Assembly: GCA_964016885.1 (NCBI GenBank) | Contig: CAXHJY010001386.1 | Coordinates: 62,001 to 126,000 of the forward strand | Source: Eledone cirrhosa | Lineage: Eukaryota | Direction of reading: 5' to 3' | DNA: 64,000 nucleotides | Shown: positions 1-10,677 of the stretch, piece by piece | How the letters are laid out: every line of letters begins with the position of its first letter | How positions within the stretch are numbered: the first letter of the stretch is position 1 | Made by a program: the position numbers and the translations under genes | Notes under the pieces: generated by a model | What the model was told of the DNA's origin: nothing | Seen by the model: only the letters and a program-made list of their open reading frames with translations | Databases searched by the model: none

Positions 1-1395
1 ATGAAGGTCACGGAAAAAGTAATAGTGCAACTAATCAGAGAGAGAATCGATCTAGATGAAATGCAGTTCGGGTTTGTGTCAGGCAAAAGTACCACAGACG
101 CTCTTTTCATTGTACGACAACTACAGGAGAAGTACCTAGCTAAAAGTAAACCCCTATACTTAGCCTTTGTCGACTTGGAGAAAGCCTTCGACAGAGTCCC
201 CCGTTCCATTATCTGGTGGGCTCTTAGAAAACTAGGTGTTGACAAATGGCTTGTGAGAGCTATACAAGCCATGTATAAAGAAACAGTGAGCAAGGTTAGA
301 ATTAACAACGAATATAGTGAAGAGTTTAGTGTAAAAGTTGGTGTCCATCAGGGCTCTGTTCTTAGCCCCCTACTATTCATTATTGCTCTTCAGGCTATAA
401 CAGAGGAGTTCAAGACCGGCTGCCCATGGGAACTCCTATACGCAGATGATCTAACGCTCATAGCTGAATCAATGACCGAACTAGAGAAGAAATTCCAAAC
501 ATGGAAGCACGGCCTAGAATCAAAAGGCCTTAAAATTAACATGGCTAAGACTAAAGTTCTAGTTTGTAGGAAAGAAAATAAGGCGCCGGTCCCTTCCGGG
601 AAATGGCCATGCTCAGTGTGTAGGAAAGGGGTAGGTAGAAACTCCATTTTATGTCCCAAATGCAAAGTATGGGTGCATAAAAGATGTAGTGGGATCACAG
701 GTAAGCTAACTAAGAACACAGATTTTACATGTGGCCGGTGCTCTGGTGCAATAAGTAGCAGCAAGTGTCCACAAAATACTAGCTCTTTCAACTGCGCAGA
801 GGGTTCTATAGAAATAGTGGACAGCTTCCGTTACCTGGGTGACAAAATCAGCAGTGGGGGAGGGTGCTCCGAAAGTACAGTAGCTAGAGTCAGAACTGGA
901 TGGAAAAAGTTCAGAGAGCTTATACCACTATTAGCCGCTAAAGGGTTCTCCCTAAAAGTGAAAGGCAGGTTGTATGATGCCTGCATACGAACAGCAATGT
1001 TACATGGCAGTGAGACCTGGGCATTGTGTGCAGAGGATATACGCAGACTAGAAAGGAACGAAGCTTGCATGCTCCGCTGGATGTGTAATAGTAATATACG
1101 CGAACGGCAAAGCATAAACGAACTAAGGAAAAAATTAGAAATAAGAGGGATCAGATGTTGTTTACTCGAGAGAAGGCTACGTTGGTATGGTCACGTGATG
1201 CGCATGAAAGACGACAGCTGTATAACAAAGTGCAGGGCAATAAAGATAGACGGTAGCCACGGAGTAGGCAGACCCAGAAAAACCTGGGACGAGCTGATAA
1301 ATTCCGACCTCACACACTTACATCTCTCCAAGACAATGTCACTGGACCGAGAGCTTTGGCGGTACTCAGTAATAGAGAAGACCCGCGTTACCTAA
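1..1395 (+). CDS. RTE ORF, partial: reverse transcriptase with internal PHD-type finger (610-741)
   Basis: Uninterrupted 464-aa frame with RT motifs and C-x2-C-x10-C-x2-C-x4-H-x2-C-x14-C-x2-C. Confidence 0.9.
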   Translation: MKVTEKVIVQLIRERIDLDEMQFGFVSGKSTTDALFIVRQLQEKYLAKSKPLYLAFVDLEKAFDRVPRSIIWWALRKLGVDKWLVRAIQAMYKETVSKVRINNEYSEEFSVKVGVHQGSVLSPLLFIIALQAITEEFKTGCPWELLYADDLTLIAESMTELEKKFQTWKHGLESKGLKINMAKTKVLVCRKENKAPVPSGKWPCSVCRKGVGRNSILCPKCKVWVHKRCSGITGKLTKNTDFTCGRCSGAISSSKCPQNTSSFNCAEGSIEIVDSFRYLGDKISSGGGCSESTVARVRTGWKKFRELIPLLAAKGFSLKVKGRLYDACIRTAMLHGSETWALCAEDIRRLERNEACMLRWMCNSNIRERQSINELRKKLEIRGIRCCLLERRLRWYGHVMRMKDDSCITKCRAIKIDGSHGVGRPRKTWDELINSDLTHLHLSKTMSLDRELWRYSVIEKTRVT

Positions 1396-1563
1396 ATACA
1401 AAGTAAAACCTACTACAGTCAGTAGGCATCTCTAACAAAATACACCCCCGTCCCACCACCCCCACCCCATCCACACCGCCCCTTTCAATGTAAAGTTATG
1501 TTGGTGCCACAAAATCCAGGCCGAAACAAATGAGATCGTGTAGGTGTCATGACAAAAAAAAAC

Positions 1564-1787
1564 ACAGTCCACGCTGTAATGTGACCGTGTAGGCAACACG
1601 GTAAAAACGTCCCAGTCCCACACTGTAAATGTGGTTGGTGTTAGGAAGGGCATCCAGCTGTAGAAAACCTGCCAGACAGTCCACGCTGTAATGTGGCCGT
1701 GTAGGCAACACGGTAAAAACCTCCCAGCCCCACACTGTAAATGTGGTTGGTGTTAGGAAGGGCATCCAACTGTAGAAAACCCGTCAG
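1564..1787 (+). repeat. 112-bp tandem duplication in RTE-A 3' UTR
   Basis: ACAGTCC starts at 1564, 1676 and 1788; two near-identical units. Confidence 0.9.
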
Positions 1788-1892
1788 ACAGTCCTATGCG
1801 AGCAAGACAACCACTCTTGCCTCAAGTGGGAAAACTCCCGTCCAAACCCATGCAAGCATGGAACACGGACGTTAAACGATGATGATGATGAT

Positions 1893-1959
1893 ATATATTC
1901 ATTTATATATATATATATTTATATATATATATATTTATATATATATTTATATATATTTA

Positions 1960-1992
<33 letters not shown>

Positions 1993-2005
1993 TTATAGAT
2001 ATAAA
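1893..2005. repeat. (TA)n microsatellite after RTE tail
   Basis: Direct reading. Confidence 0.95.
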
Positions 2006-2389
2006 TAAACCTGTTACGAGGTATGAATCTCAGAATTTGTCAACGCTTATTAATGGTCAGACCTCGTCGTCCCCTGCGAATTTTTCTTATCTCTCTCCAG
2101 CCTATCGGTCCATTCATTCATATATCCGTATCATCGCCCAGAATCCAATCTTTTGCTCTCTCAATGCTATTCTATAATTCTGTCTGGTTGTTTCTAAATA
2201 AGCTTCTTGTATTTTAAAACTCCATTATTCGCTTATTATTACTATTATATGCTTCTCCAATTATGCTCAAAATTCGAAGATTTCATTTTAACCCTCTCGC
2301 TAACTACCCCATACCCCATACCCCTCCCACCCGCCCCCACTCTCCACCATTATTATTAGGACCAATCATAAGTCAGCGGCCTATGCTAT

Positions 2390-3747
2390 CACTTCTGGTT
2401 GCTTGCCGATATGATGGATGGATATGGAATTCTGGAGAGTCTGAAAAATCTGGACACTCAGTGACAATGCTAAAGATAAAGACAAATTCACCACATGCTG
2501 CCGGACGAAAAGACAAGGACTCCTCCTCATTGTTTCGGCCGCGGATGGCCAACATAACCCCAACCCCACCCCCTCACTGCGTCCCACCGTTTCCACCCAC
2601 CAAACACAATCCAAAACTTCAGAGTTGGTACCATGAATGTAGGCACCTTAAAAGGTCGCTCTAACGATGTTGTAGAAATGCTTGAACGTAAGGAGGTTGA
2701 TGTTTGCTGTATCCAAGAGACCAGCTGGAGGGGTGGAACTGCTAGATTCATTGTGGGTAAAAAACGATGCTATAAGCTTTTCTGGGTGGGAAATGAAAAT
2801 GGGCTGGGTGGGGTAGGAATCATGTTAGCAGAAAAATGGGTAGATAAGATAATAGACGTAAATAGAGTGAACGACAGAATAATTAAAATAAGACTTGTCC
2901 TAAATGGAACTACTGTGACAGTAATATCTGCGTATGCACCCCAAACTGCCTGGCGCTATAAAAGACAGATTCTATGAGACATTGATGCTCACTACCTCCC
3001 AAATAACCGACAGTGACTACATAATTATTGCTGGCGACCTAAATGGTCACGTTGGACAACATTGTGACGGCTATGATGGAATCCATGGAGGCTATGGGTT
3101 TGGTACTAGAAATGAGGAAGGCTCCAGAATCCTGGAATTCTGCGACGCAAATAACCTAACTATCTGTAACACTAACTTAAAAAAACGAGACAATCACTTG
3201 ATCACCTATAGATCAGGGGAACACGCCAGTCAGATAGATTATATCCTTACCAGAAGACGTGATAGTGTCTGTTGTAAACACTAAATCCCTCCCCCCATGA
3301 AGAATGCACCTCCCAACATAGACTCTTAGTCAGCGACCTCATAGTCAGGACAAGACGTACTCGACAACAGAGGAGGACTATCCTCAGGAGAAAAATATGG
3401 AAACTAAAGGACCCCACAGCCACTACCCCCACCCCATCCACACCACCCCCTTAAATGTGAAGTTATGTTGGTACCACAACATCCAGTCCGAAACAAATGA
3501 GGTCGTGTAGGTGTCACGACAAAAAAAACACACAGTCCACGCTGTAATGTGGCCGTGTAGGTAACACGGTAAAAACCTCCCAGTCCACACTGTAAATGTG
3601 GTTGGTGTTAGGAAGGGCATCCAACCGTAGAAAACCCCCCAGACAGTGCTATACGAGCAGGACAACAAATCTTGCCTCAAGTGGGAAAACTCCCGTCCAA
3701 ACCCATGCAAGCGTGGAAGATGGACGTTAAACGATGATGATGATGAT
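2390..3747 (+). mobile_element. RTE-A copy 2: 5' region + APE endonuclease joined to the 3' UTR (about 2.3-kb internal deletion); 5' boundary approximate
   Basis: FRVGTMNVGTL, IQET, SAYAPQ, GDLNGHVG, SQIDYIL motifs; coding stops at KLKDPTA (3420) and continues as 3' UTR to a (GAT)n tail. Confidence 0.9.
2618..3420 (+). pseudogene. Frameshifted APE endonuclease domain of RTE-A
   Basis: Split across ORFs 2633-2977 and 2934-3284 plus a third frame; homologous to 45500-46090 on the minus strand. Confidence 0.9.
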
Positions 3748-3906
<159 letters not shown>

Positions 3907-3934
3907 CATATAAAAGCATTCACACACGTACACA

Positions 3935-4870
3935 TATCATCGTTTTGACATCTTTTCCAAGCCTGAATGACCCTTCCCCAAAACAGCATCTTGCCATGTA
4001 TTGCATTCCTTTGTCATATTCTTTGCGAGATTCTGCATCTTTAGATAATGTTTTCCTTGGTCTTCCTTTTCTGCAGGTTGTTTCCATTTGGAACTCTTGG
4101 CATTTCTTTACTCAACCATCATCATCTATACTGATTTAGTATCTGTACCAGCACAGTATTTTCTCTTGAACGCAGCATCCAATTCCTCTTATACTCAGAT
4201 TTTCTCTAAACTTATCTGTGCTTTGTTATTCATCTGTGTTAACACTACACTGCTGGCGGAGCTTGCTTGCTTCATTTTTTTCTAGTCATTGTTCATTCTC
4301 TGTGTTCCATGCAACATTGCACTATTTATACAATCTACCTTTTGCACAGACAGAATCACTTTGTAGCCAGCAAAGCTAATGGTTCCCTGAACTTTTTCCA
4401 TCCTACTACAGCTACCATGCTTTCAGAGCACCCTCCTCCATTACTAATTCAGTCACTTAGGTCACAGAATCTATTAACTACTTCTATGGAGCCTTCTAAG
4501 TATTGGAAAGATTTTATTTTACTGGTGCCCTGACGGCTGATACTGCAAATCCCACATATAAAACCTACATTCTCTGTTATCCTGCTTGCAATCCCACTAC
4601 ACCTATAGTATACACTATGTAATTCCTATCTACTCCTTCTCAGCATATTCAGCACAATCATTTCCCTTTTTGTCTTCTTTACTATTTGATAAGTTCATTC
4701 AGTCTTTTTGTTTTTTTCTGGATTTTCCAATCATCCCCATACTGAAATTCCCATAGACAACCAATCTTAAACATCTTTGTAATGGCTTAGAGAACTATGA
4801 TAAACAACCATGCCCCTTATGATTTAGCTCATTTTAAAGGATATTCTATTTCATGCGTTTGTATAAAATA
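3935..4870 (-). mobile_element. Old, degenerate RTE copy related to A/B/C (RT 3' half)
   Basis: 4380-4490 aligns with the SFRYLG-GGGCSE-GWKKFRE segment on the minus strand; GRPRKT remnant near 4050-4070. Confidence 0.7.
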
Positions 4871-5382
4871 GTAATTATTAACTGTTTGGTTTAGAAGTTT
4901 ACTTTGCAACAGTATTGTTCAGGGTCTGATGCCTCTGCACAGTACTTTGAATAAGTGTGTTGACTAATACCATTTGAGTGGCATTTAGTAGACAGAAACT
5001 GCAGAACCTTTCATATATGCTGGTGGTTTACTAGTGTAAAAATTGTTTTTTTTATTTTCATGTTTTTAAATGTCAACTTAGCATATGATATAGATCGATA
5101 AGTTAGTACCAGACTGAAGCAAGTACTGAGGTCAATATGTTTGACTAAAGTCCAAGGTAGTACTCTAGTATGGCTGCTGCCAATATAACTGAAACCAGTA
5201 AAAGAATATATGTGCCTCATTCTATCTTTCTTTCTATCCCTGGCTATATATGTATGTGTTTCATTCTAACCTTAAATCCTAAACCAAACTTTAATCTCTA
5301 CATGTTGGGGTTGATTTGCAGTTTACTGCATCCATATCCAAATGGAATATATTACAGAAATTACTGTATCAAATATGTAATT

Positions 5383-6221
5383 AACTTCTCCACCTATATC
5401 AGTGGAACTCCATTCAGATGTAGAGTGCATTGCACAGGCTTCCTTGAGAAGACAAGTGTCTCAGTTTTCACAGCACTGATTTTCAATCCTCCCATGCAGC
5501 ACTCGGCATGAAACCTGTCAAGTGTAAATCAAAGATCACCTTCTGTCAAGTTAAGACCTTGTCGCCTGCAAATTCCAGCCGATTGTGATACAACATCCAA
5601 CCCAGCTGCACATGGCAATCCTGTTCATGAAAATAATGAACAGGTGAGGTGACAGTACACACCCTTGTTGGAATCTGACTCCCACACCGGAGAAGTTCAA
5701 GTATCTTGGGGTTGTGTTTATGAGTGATGGAAAGCAGGAAGCTGAATTAAGTGTTAGAATTGCAATTCCATATTCGTGCCAACCTTTACTTATGGTCATG
5801 AATCTTGGGTAATGACCGAAAGAATATGATCGCAGATCCAAGCAGCTGAAACGGGGGTTCCTCCAAAGGGTTTTTGGAATAACGTTACATGATAGAGTTC
5901 ATAGCTCGGAAATCAGAGAGTCAATCCAGGCAGAACTGCTAATTTTCTGAATTGAGAGATCACAGCTCCAATATTATGAGCATGTTGCTAGAATGTTTCA
6001 GGAAAGAATCACTGGACAGATTTTATGGGCAAAAATAATTGGCTGGAGCCCCAGGGGCAGACCCTGAGCAAGATGGTTGGATAACATCCATGAGCTTGGC
6101 TACCCATGCTTGGGGATCCAGCCAGATAGGTTGGAGACAGTTGCTTCTGACAGGACCTGCTGGAAGGAGTGTTTGAGAACTCTGCTCCCATGACCCTCTC
6201 AGGAATAAGTGGGCAAAGAAG
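5383..6221 (+). mobile_element. Degenerate Expander/Rex3-like RTE with inverted 5' segment
   Basis: 5383-5688 minus encodes GVG..QQGCVLSPHLFIIFM...NGVPL.VEK; 5689-6221 plus encodes EKFKYLGV...LTYGHESWVMT...; candidate TSD AAATATRTAAT at 5371-5381 and 6222-6232. Confidence 0.8.
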
Positions 6222-6235
6222 AAATATATAATGTG

Positions 6236-7064
6236 CTAGCAGCAGTACCCAGCGTTGCCTGGGTAGGTAAAATAATATCTGCTTTGATGAAAAGGTGTTG
6301 ATCTTAGCGACTGCTTCTCGATGACTCATCTATGGCCACACACAGGCCATGCGGGGGAGGGTGGTGATGACCTCTATCACTGAGAAACGCAGGTGACTGA
6401 TGAAGGGGCATGCTGGGGGAGGGAGGTAATGACCTCTAACACTAAGCCAAATTTCCTCATGCTACTTGATTGGATACCGATGAATTCTCAAATACACAAC
6501 TAAAAGCTCAGACGACGTCAGTGGCCATTGTTTTGCCTTTGACCATCTATAAGATATGCAATGATAGGTTCTATCGTAGTATAAAAGTTGAACCAAATAA
6601 ATTGATTTATGTGTGAGGTGGAGCCGAAGTTTCGAATTTGAACGAAATCGGTTGAAAAATGTGGGAGCTAGAGCTGAAAAGGCGGAAATTTGAGCGAAAG
6701 GTGGTATTTTCGAATATTTAAGCGGCTGCCATGCCGTTCCTGAATAACAAATGCTAAATATAAAGCCATTACAGGATGTGCAATGATAAATTCTATTTTG
6801 CTTTAAAATTTGAACGAAATCGGTGGGAGCTAGAGCCAAAAATCTTATTTTTTGATACCTAAAAAGAGGTGACCCCCCCTCTATCGATTTTTATCTGCAG
6901 AATGATCCCGGAATAAAAAAAACGATACGCTGATATATAGAAAACACTCCCCGATGACCAATCTATGAGCCTGTAAAGTTTCATGAAAATCGGTCGTAAG
7001 ATGTAGGCCCCTATAGGTAATAAACAGACACACACACACATACTTAATTTTATATATATACAGA
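6236..7064 (-). mobile_element. Non-autonomous Helitron-like element
   Basis: Minus strand begins TC(TGTATATATA), has a (TG)n tract, and ends with hairpin ACCCAG-GCAACG-CTGGGT just before CTAG. Confidence 0.65.
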
Positions 7065-7530
7065 TATACTCATATATAATCCAAGGAATATGACAAAATA
7101 TAATCGATGGTAAAATGGGGATTGGCTTATATTCAAGGTGAATATTTTGACCAACTTCAAAATTCTATGTAAATAAAGAGTTAAAATATTTCCATTTTCG
7201 AGGTGAATATTACACCGGCTTCATTTCTGTGTGAAATTTGTATTTCTTATTGTTATTCATGTTTTGAATGAAATTGGCCATCAAAACGGTCGGAAATTGG
7301 TAAAACAAAAAAAATCATTATGTAATGGTGTTATGAAAAAAATAAACTACACTCTAAACGACACTGAAAACATTTTAAATATCATTTCAAATATCACAAG
7401 AATTTCAAAATTTCACTAGCTAAACATAATGTGTTGATTACCTGCTTTGGCTTATAAATAGGGTTTGGATTTTTTGCCTATTTCTCAGGCATAAAATAGG
7501 TGGTCGTTTTATATCTGAGTATATACAGTA
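7065..7530. mobile_element. Possible Tigger/pogo-like MITE relic
   Basis: Right end GAGTATATACAGTA, left end TATACTC, internal GGCTTATA motifs. Confidence 0.35.
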
Positions 7531-7836
7531 ATTAATACAGATGCAGGTGTGACTGAGTTGTTATGAAGGGCACTTCACAACCTTGTGCTTTTTGATTGAA
7601 GAGGATATCTTTTACAGTAGCCTAGGGTGAATAGCTGAAGCCATTAAAAATCTGAATCACTTTTTATTATTTTCTTTTGCTTTGTTTATGAATGAAATGA
7701 AAATCAACAATAAATTGAGTGATTTAAAAAAAATACATGAAATGTATACTGTTTAATGTGTGTGCATGTGAGTGATGATGTTAGATATTATGTGTGTATT
7801 ATATCTGCATATACATATATGCATTATATATATATA

Positions 7837-10677
7837 ATAGATCCGGGGAACACACAAGCCAGGTAGATTATATCCTTACCAGAAGACGTGACAGAGTGTC
7901 TGTTGTAAACACTAAATCCCTCCCCCATGAAGAATGCACCTCCCAACATAGACTGATAATTAGCGACCTCATAGTCAGGACGAGACGTACTCGACAGCAG
8001 AAGAGGACTATCCTCAGGAGAAAAATATGGAAGCTAAAGGACCCCACAGCCAGGAATAAATTTCAAAGCATATTACTTGATGCTTTCGACAGTAAGGAAG
8101 AACATTTAGAGTCGGACAATATAGAGGGAGAGTGGGAATTTCTGAAAGCAAACCTGCTGTTGGCGACAGACGAAGTCTGTGGCTGGAGCAGGCCTGTAGG
8201 CAGGAGGAGAGTAACATGGTGGTGGAACAGTAAGGTGGAGGGGTCAATTAAGGCCAAAAAGCAGGCTTGGAAAGTATGGCGGGATGGGGGAAGTAGAGAG
8301 GACTATCAAGTGGCCAGGAGGGAAGCTAGGAGACAAGTGTACTTAGCAAGAAGGGAAGCTGAGGAAAGAAAGTTCAAGCATGTTCTACAACGCGATGACC
8401 AAAAACGTGAGGTGTTCAGGATTGCTAGGCAATGCGTCAAGGAAAACCGTGATATTGTCGGGGAGAAGTGTGTACTAAACGACGATGGCACACTTGCCAT
8501 CACCGACGCTGATAAGAAGGTAGCTTGGAAGTGTCACTATGAAAGGCTACTAAATGAGGAGAATAAATGGGAGAAAGACAGTCTCCCCCATATCGACCCA
8601 ATAGAGGGACCAGCAGTGTTAGTCGAGGGGAGTATAATAAGTAAGGCAATCAAGGATATGAAGACGGGTAAAGCGGCTGGGCCTTCGGAAATAGTTGCTG
8701 AGATGCTGAAGGCATCTGGCACGGTGGGACACACCATGGTCACCCGCATAGTTAACCAAGTCGTACAGAATGGGGTTGTTCCGAAGGACTGGCATAGCAG
8801 CATCATCGTTAACTGTTATAAGGGTAAAGGAGACGCCCTAGATAGGAGTAACTATAGAGGCATTAAATTAATCGACCAGGTCATGAAGGTCACCGAAAAA
8901 GTAATAGCGCAACTAATCAGAGAGAGAATTGACCTAGATGAAATGCAGTTCGGGTTTGTGTCAGGCAAAAGTACCACACACGCTCTTTTCATAGTACGAC
9001 AACTACAGGAGAAGTACCTAGCTAAAGGTAAACCCCTCTACTTAGCTTTTGTCGACTTGGAGAAAGCCTTCGACAGAGTCCCCCGCTCCATTATCTGGTG
9101 GGCTCTTAGAAAACTAGGCGTTGACGAATGGCTTGTGAGGGCTATACAAGCCATGTATAAAGAAACAGTCAGCAAGGTTAGAATTAACAACGAATATAGT
9201 GAAGAGTTTAGCGTAAAAGTTGGCGTCCATCAGGGCTCTGTTCTCAGCCCACTACTATTTATTATTGCCCTTCAGGCTATAACAGAGGAGTTCAAGACAG
9301 GCTGCCCATGGGAACTCCTATACGCAGACGACCTGACACTCATAGCGGAATCAATGGCCGAGCTAGAGAAGAAATTCCAAACATGGAAGCACGGCCTAGA
9401 GTCAAAAGGACTTAAAATTAACCTGGCTAAGACCAAAGTACTAGTTTGTAGGAAAGAAAACAAGGCGGCGGTCCCTTCTGGGAAATGGTCGTGCTCGGTG
9501 TGTAGGAAAGGCGTAGGTAGAAACTCCATTTTATGTCCTAAATGCAAAGTATGGGTGCATAAAAGATGTAGTGGGATCACAGGTAAGCTAACTAAGAACA
9601 TAGATTTTACATGTGGCCGGTGCTCTGGTGCAATAAGTAGCAGCAAGTGCCCACAAAATACTAGCTCTTTCAACTGCGCAGAGGGTTCTATAGAAATAGT
9701 GGACAGCTTCCGTTACCTGGGCGATAAAATCAGCAGTGGGGGAGGGTGCTCTGAAAGTACTGTAGCTAGAGTCAGAACTGGTTGGAAAAAGTTCAGAGAG
9801 CTTATACCACTATTAGCTGCTAAAGGGTTCTCACTAAAAATGAAAGGCAGGTTGTACGATGCCTGCATACGAACAGCAATGCTGCATGGCAGTGAGACCT
9901 GGGCATTGCGTGCAGAGGATATACGCAGACTAGAGAGGAACGAAGCTTGCATGCTCCGCTGGATGTGTAACAGTAATATACGTGAACGGCAAAGCATAAA
10001 CGAACTAAGGAAAAAATTAGAGATAAGAGGGATCAGATGTTGTTTACTCGAGAGAAGGCTACGTTGGTATGGACACGTGATGCGCATGAAAGTCGATAGC
10101 TGTATAACAAAGTGCAGGGCAATAAAGATAGACGGTAGTCACGGAATAGGCAGACCTAGAAAAACCTGGGACGAGCTGATAAACTCCGACATCACACACT
10201 TACACCTCTCCAAGACAATGTCACTGGACCGAGACCTTTGGCGGTACTCAGTAACAGAGAAGACCCGCCTTACCTAAATATATAGTAAAACCTACTCCAG
10301 CCAGTAGGCATCTCTAACAAAATACACCCCGTCCCACCACCACCACCCCCACCCCATCCACACCACCCCGTTCTATGTAAAGTTATGTTGGTGCCGCGCC
10401 ATCGAGGCCGAAACAAATGAGATCGTGTAGGTGTCACGACAAAAAAAACACACAGTCCACGCTGTAATGTGGCCGTGTAGGCAACACGGTAAAAACCTCC
10501 CAGACCCACACTGTAAATGTGGTTGGTGTTAGGAAGGGCATCCAACTGTAGAAAACCTGCCAGACAGTCCTATGCGAGCAAGACAATCACTCTTGCCTCA
10601 AGTGGGACTACCCCCGTCCAAACCCATGCAAGCGTGGAACACGGACGTTAAACGTTGATGATGATGATGATGATGAT
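7837..10677 (+). mobile_element. RTE-A copy 3, 5'-truncated inside the endonuclease, single-module 3' UTR, (GAT)n tail
   Basis: Starts after a short TA tract at RSGEHTSQVDY; intact frame to EKTRLT*; tail at about 10658-10677. Confidence 0.95.
7839..10277 (+). CDS. RTE ORF lacking its N-terminus: end of APE, linker, RT, PHD finger (9492-9623), C-terminal domain
   Basis: About 812 open codons; NYRGIKL, YADD, FRYLG; no native start, the first residues of the track ORF come from flanking microsatellite. Confidence 0.88.
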   Translation, partial: RSGEHTSQVDYILTRRRDRVSVVNTKSLPHEECTSQHRLIISDLIVRTRRTRQQKRTILRRKIWKLKDPTARNKFQSILLDAFDSKEEHLESDNIEGEWEFLKANLLLATDEVCGWSRPVGRRRVTWWWNSKVEGSIKAKKQAWKVWRDGGSREDYQVARREARRQVYLARREAEERKFKHVLQRDDQKREVFRIARQCVKENRDIVGEKCVLNDDGTLAITDADKKVAWKCHYERLLNEENKWEKDSLPHIDPIEGPAVLVEGSIISKAIKDMKTGKAAGPSEIVAEMLKASGTVGHTMVTRIVNQVVQNGVVPKDWHSSIIVNCYKGKGDALDRSNYRGIKLIDQVMKVTEKVIAQLIRERIDLDEMQFGFVSGKSTTHALFIVRQLQEKYLAKGKPLYLAFVDLEKAFDRVPRSIIWWALRKLGVDEWLVRAIQAMYKETVSKVRINNEYSEEFSVKVGVHQGSVLSPLLFIIALQAITEEFKTGCPWELLYADDLTLIAESMAELEKKFQTWKHGLESKGLKINLAKTKVLVCRKENKAAVPSGKWSCSVCRKGVGRNSILCPKCKVWVHKRCSGITGKLTKNIDFTCGRCSGAISSSKCPQNTSSFNCAEGSIEIVDSFRYLGDKISSGGGCSESTVARVRTGWKKFRELIPLLAAKGFSLKMKGRLYDACIRTAMLHGSETWALRAEDIRRLERNEACMLRWMCNSNIRERQSINELRKKLEIRGIRCCLLERRLRWYGHVMRMKVDSCITKCRAIKIDGSHGIGRPRKTWDELINSDITHLHLSKTMSLDRDLWRYSVTEKTRLT

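Larger units (their letters stand above)
1..1892 (+). mobile_element. RTE-clade LINE subfamily A, copy 1 (begins before the window): RT, 3' UTR with 112-bp duplication, (GAT)n tail
   Basis: RT motifs [32 protein letters not shown]; RTE-type C-terminus [10 protein letters not shown]...GRPRKTW; ends GGACGTTAAAC(GAT)n then (TA)n; near-identical to copies at 7837-10677 and 42900-46090. Confidence 0.95.

Noticed and set aside
390-1115. Recurrent antisense ORFs in RTE copies
   Set aside because: Shadows of the sense ORF repeated because the copies are homologous; no motifs and variable ends
2370-2560. HDV-like ribozyme at the RTE 5' end
   Set aside because: Known for some RTEs, but I could not build the nested double pseudoknot by eye; needs an RNArobo/Infernal search
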